A stretch of DNA of 27,564 bases, from the NCBI GenBank assembly GCA_035258645.1, contig DATFXA010000010.1:1-27564 (forward strand), read 5' to 3'. This document shows positions 25,228-27,564 of the stretch, piece after piece. The stretch is from Gaiellaceae bacterium (GTDB lineage: Bacteria; Actinomycetota; Thermoleophilia; Gaiellales; Gaiellaceae). Positions within the stretch are counted from its first letter, which is position 1; each line of letters starts with the position of its first letter. The notes under the pieces were generated by a model. The model was not told where the DNA came from. It did not search any database and saw nothing but the letters and a program-made list of their open reading frames with translations. The position numbers and the translations under genes were made by a program.

Positions 25228-26823
25228 GCCGTGCAGGCCGCGAAGAGAACCCAGGGCAACCGAGGTCGTGTTGCCCGTGGAATCCGAAGCGAACAAGGTC
25301 GCCGTCCAGACCCCACTCGGGGGCGCGAGAAGCACCGAGCCACGGAACGTCTGCTTGCCCAGCCAGAGCGTCCGCACCGCGCCCGCGCGCCTGATCACGA
25401 CCTTCATGGCCAGCCAGGGCGATGCGTCGTCGCTCCCGCGCCAGTAGAGCCTGCGAACCGCAAGGTCGGCCGCGACCTTCGGCGCCTGCGTGTCGCGCCG
25501 GACGTCGACCGCCGGGAGGTCGGTATCTGAAACGTTCCCCGCAACGTCGACCGCGTGCAGGTTCGGCGTGTACGTGCCCGGCTGGATCTTCCCCGGGCTC
25601 CAGCGGATTGGGTGCCAGCCCCGTGAGACGACGAGCGGCGGGCCGGGATGGTCGACCTGCAGGCGGACGGTCGAGCGCTTGCTGACCCAGAAGACGTATC
25701 GCGCATAGTCGCGGTAGCCGTCCTGCGGCCAGGGGTAGATGGCAGCCGGCGTCGAGCCCTCCTTGACGAGCGGCGGCTCGTGCAGGTCGTCGCCGAACCG
25801 CTGGGCATAGGTCGTCAGCGTCGGATCCTGTGTTCGCCGGGAAAGGATGCCGAGCAGCCGGACGACGTATTGGTGATAGTCGAGCGGCGCCTCGACTCCG
25901 CCGAGCGAGTAGAGCGACCAGGCGCCGGTGTCGAACTGGGGCAGCATGCCGATCGCCGAGGTCAGCAGCTGGGATACCAGGTTCGTCGCGGCCGGGTCAC
26001 CGGTCTGCGTCGCGTAGTCCTGGAGCGAGACGATCGTCTGCAGCTGGGCGTTCAGAACGGTCTCGTTGTTGAACGCGTAGAGCCGGATCCACGGACCCGC
26101 CGAGACCGAGCGGGTCAGCGACGGCACCGTCTTGTAGACCCGTTGGGAGGCCGAGGTCAGCGTCGGGTCGGCGAGGAGCGTCCCCGCGCTCGACAAGGCT
26201 TGGGCAGCGACGGCCTGCGCCATGCCGGAGATCCACGGCGGGCGACCACCCTCGAAGCGGAAGTAGTACTCCCAGGCAAGCCCGCCGGAGCGAACAACGC
26301 TGCGGTTGAGCAGCGACTGCGCCAGCTGGTCGGCCCTGGTCGCGTTCTTCTGCGCGACGAAGTTGTTCAGCTTCCCGAAGTTCTCCAGTGGATGGAACTG
26401 GAAGCCGATCCCGGGGAAGGCCCGGTACCAGATCCCGTCGGTCGCGTCGACGACGTCCTTGCCCGCCTTTTGGTCCCAGTGGCTCGCGAACCAGCGCGTG
26501 TTGAAGTCGAGCATCCCGAAGAGCGTCGTCCCGCGCGGCGAGTCGTACCCCTTCCAGAAGCCGCCGACCTGGTGGACGACGGCTGCGAGGTTGCGGTATC
26601 GGCTGCTCGGCAGCCTGGGCAAGACGTTGGCGGCCGCCTTCGCGTCGCTGCGGAACTCGGCCGCTTCCGTGCCGTCGATCCGGTTCAGCGCCGCGGCGCG
26701 GTCGATCCCCTTGTTGATCAACGCAAGGTCCGTTGTCCACGGCGGCTTCGCGGAAGCCGACCCCGAGAGAAGCATGGCCGCGAGCGCAAGCACGGCGGCC
26801 AGACCTGCCGCGCGCAGTCCCAT
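25225..26823 (-). CDS. Secreted D-glucuronyl C5-epimerase-family protein with C-terminal beta-sandwich domains (532 aa)
   Basis: Signal peptide ending ASA-K. WEYYF......[16 protein letters not shown]....[14 protein letters not shown]......LDYH match the C5-epimerase C-terminal helical domain. Beta-rich tail after about aa 345. Confidence 0.75.
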   Translation of the reverse strand: MGLRAAGLAAVLALAAMLLSGSASAKPPWTTDLALINKGIDRAAALNRIDGTEAAEFRSDAKAAANVLPRLPSSRYRNLAAVVHQVGGFWKGYDSPRGTTLFGMLDFNTRWFASHWDQKAGKDVVDATDGIWYRAFPGIGFQFHPLENFGKLNNFVAQKNATRADQLAQSLLNRSVVRSGGLAWEYYFRFEGGRPPWISGMAQAVAAQALSSAGTLLADPTLTSASQRVYKTVPSLTRSVSAGPWIRLYAFNNETVLNAQLQTIVSLQDYATQTGDPAATNLVSQLLTSAIGMLPQFDTGAWSLYSLGGVEAPLDYHQYVVRLLGILSRRTQDPTLTTYAQRFGDDLHEPPLVKEGSTPAAIYPWPQDGYRDYARYVFWVSKRSTVRLQVDHPGPPLVVSRGWHPIRWSPGKIQPGTYTPNLHAVDVAGNVSDTDLPAVDVRRDTQAPKVAADLAVRRLYWRGSDDASPWLAMKVVIRRAGAVRTLWLGKQTFRGSVLLAPPSGVWTATLFASDSTGNTTSVALGSLRGLHG

Positions 26824-26910
26824 GGACCCCTTAGACGCTAACGGCTGCCAGGTGTTTGTGCTCTCGTAATGTCCCTGCTCGGAGCCAGGTTTGGCCTGGC
26901 GGCCCGGCTC

Positions 26911-27564
26911 TTACGCCATGACTTCGACGCGCTGGGCCGCTGGGCTCGCCGTGCGGCCCTCGCGATCGAGCACCTCGCGCAGAGCGCGGATCGAGACCTC
27001 GAGCTGGTCGAGCGTGGGCTCCCGCGTCGTCAGCCGTTGCAGCCAGAGGCCCGGCGCGAGCAGCTTCATCACAACGCGGTTGTCGGTGTGCTTGCCGGCG
27101 AAGCGGATCAGCTCGTAGGCGAGCCCGGCGATCACGGGGAGAAGCAGGATCCGCGTCAGGATCAGCCAGTACCAGGCGGGCCGCCCGAAGAAGGCAAAGA
27201 CGAAGATCGCGATCACCATCACCCAGAGCAGGAAGGCGGTGCCGCAGCGCGGGTGGATCAGGCTGAAGCGCTGGACGCGCTCCGGCTCGAGCTCCTCGCC
27301 CGCCTCGTAGGCGTTGATCGCCTTGTGCTCGGCGGCGTGGTACTGGAAGACGCGCCGCAGGTCGGGCAGCAGGGAGATCAGCACCAGGTAGAGCACGAAG
27401 ACGGTCACGCGGATCACGCCCTCGACGAGGACGAACCAGACGCCGCTCGAGATCGGCAGCAGGTCGGCGAGCAGCGCCGGGCCGACCTTGAAGACGGAGA
27501 TCGCGAAGCCGATCGCGATCAGGAACGCGAAGATGAGCGCCGCGCGCGAGAGCTCTTGCTCCTC
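26911..27564 (-). CDS. DUF1385 (YqhQ-like) membrane protein, 5' end beyond the window
   Basis: Frame is open from the window edge to TAA 26911. EG.IR, VFQYHAAEHK.INAYE, HPRCGT.F, PGLWLQRLTTREP...QLEV. Confidence 0.9.
   Translation of the reverse strand, partial: EEQELSRAALIFAFLIAIGFAISVFKVGPALLADLLPISSGVWFVLVEGVIRVTVFVLYLVLISLLPDLRRVFQYHAAEHKAINAYEAGEELEPERVQRFSLIHPRCGTAFLLWVMVIAIFVFAFFGRPAWYWLILTRILLLPVIAGLAYELIRFAGKHTDNRVVMKLLAPGLWLQRLTTREPTLDQLEVSIRALREVLDREGRTASPAAQRVEVMA

Noticed and set aside
26884-26900. GCCAGG/CCTGGC hairpin after DUF1385 as a terminator
   Set aside because: A 6-bp stem with no U-tract is expected by chance at this GC content.

Overview
High-GC window that looks actinobacterial; Thermoleophilia/Gaiellales is my inference from gene order and protein style, not a database result. 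It carries a minus-strand housekeeping backbone, read right to left: DUF1385 (5' truncated), prfA, prmC, tsaC/sua5, glyA, upp, wecA-like transferase, then atpZ-I-B-E-F-H-A-G. Four blocks interrupt or follow it. (1) A secreted D-glucuronyl C5-epimerase-family gene sits between DUF1385 and prfA. (2) A plus-strand four-gene nucleotide-sugar operon sits between upp and wecA. It encodes a dehydrogenase with an altered catalytic-Cys motif, an SDR lacking its catalytic Tyr, a canonical SDR, and an unusual metal-dependent TIM-barrel::CapD/PglF-type 4,6-dehydratase fusion. (3) A plus-strand hydrolase-GNAT-DUF354 operon sits between wecA and atpZ. (4) A peptide/nickel-type ABC operon (order C-A-B-D-F plus a small membrane gene) sits directly after atpG, where atpD and atpC normally lie; neither is in the window. 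Several genes have a -10 hexamer exactly 7 nt before the ATG, suggesting leaderless mRNAs. I saw no tRNA, rRNA, CRISPR array or transposase. The best candidate for an undescribed system is the surface-glycan pathway centred on the TIM-barrel::dehydratase fusion.
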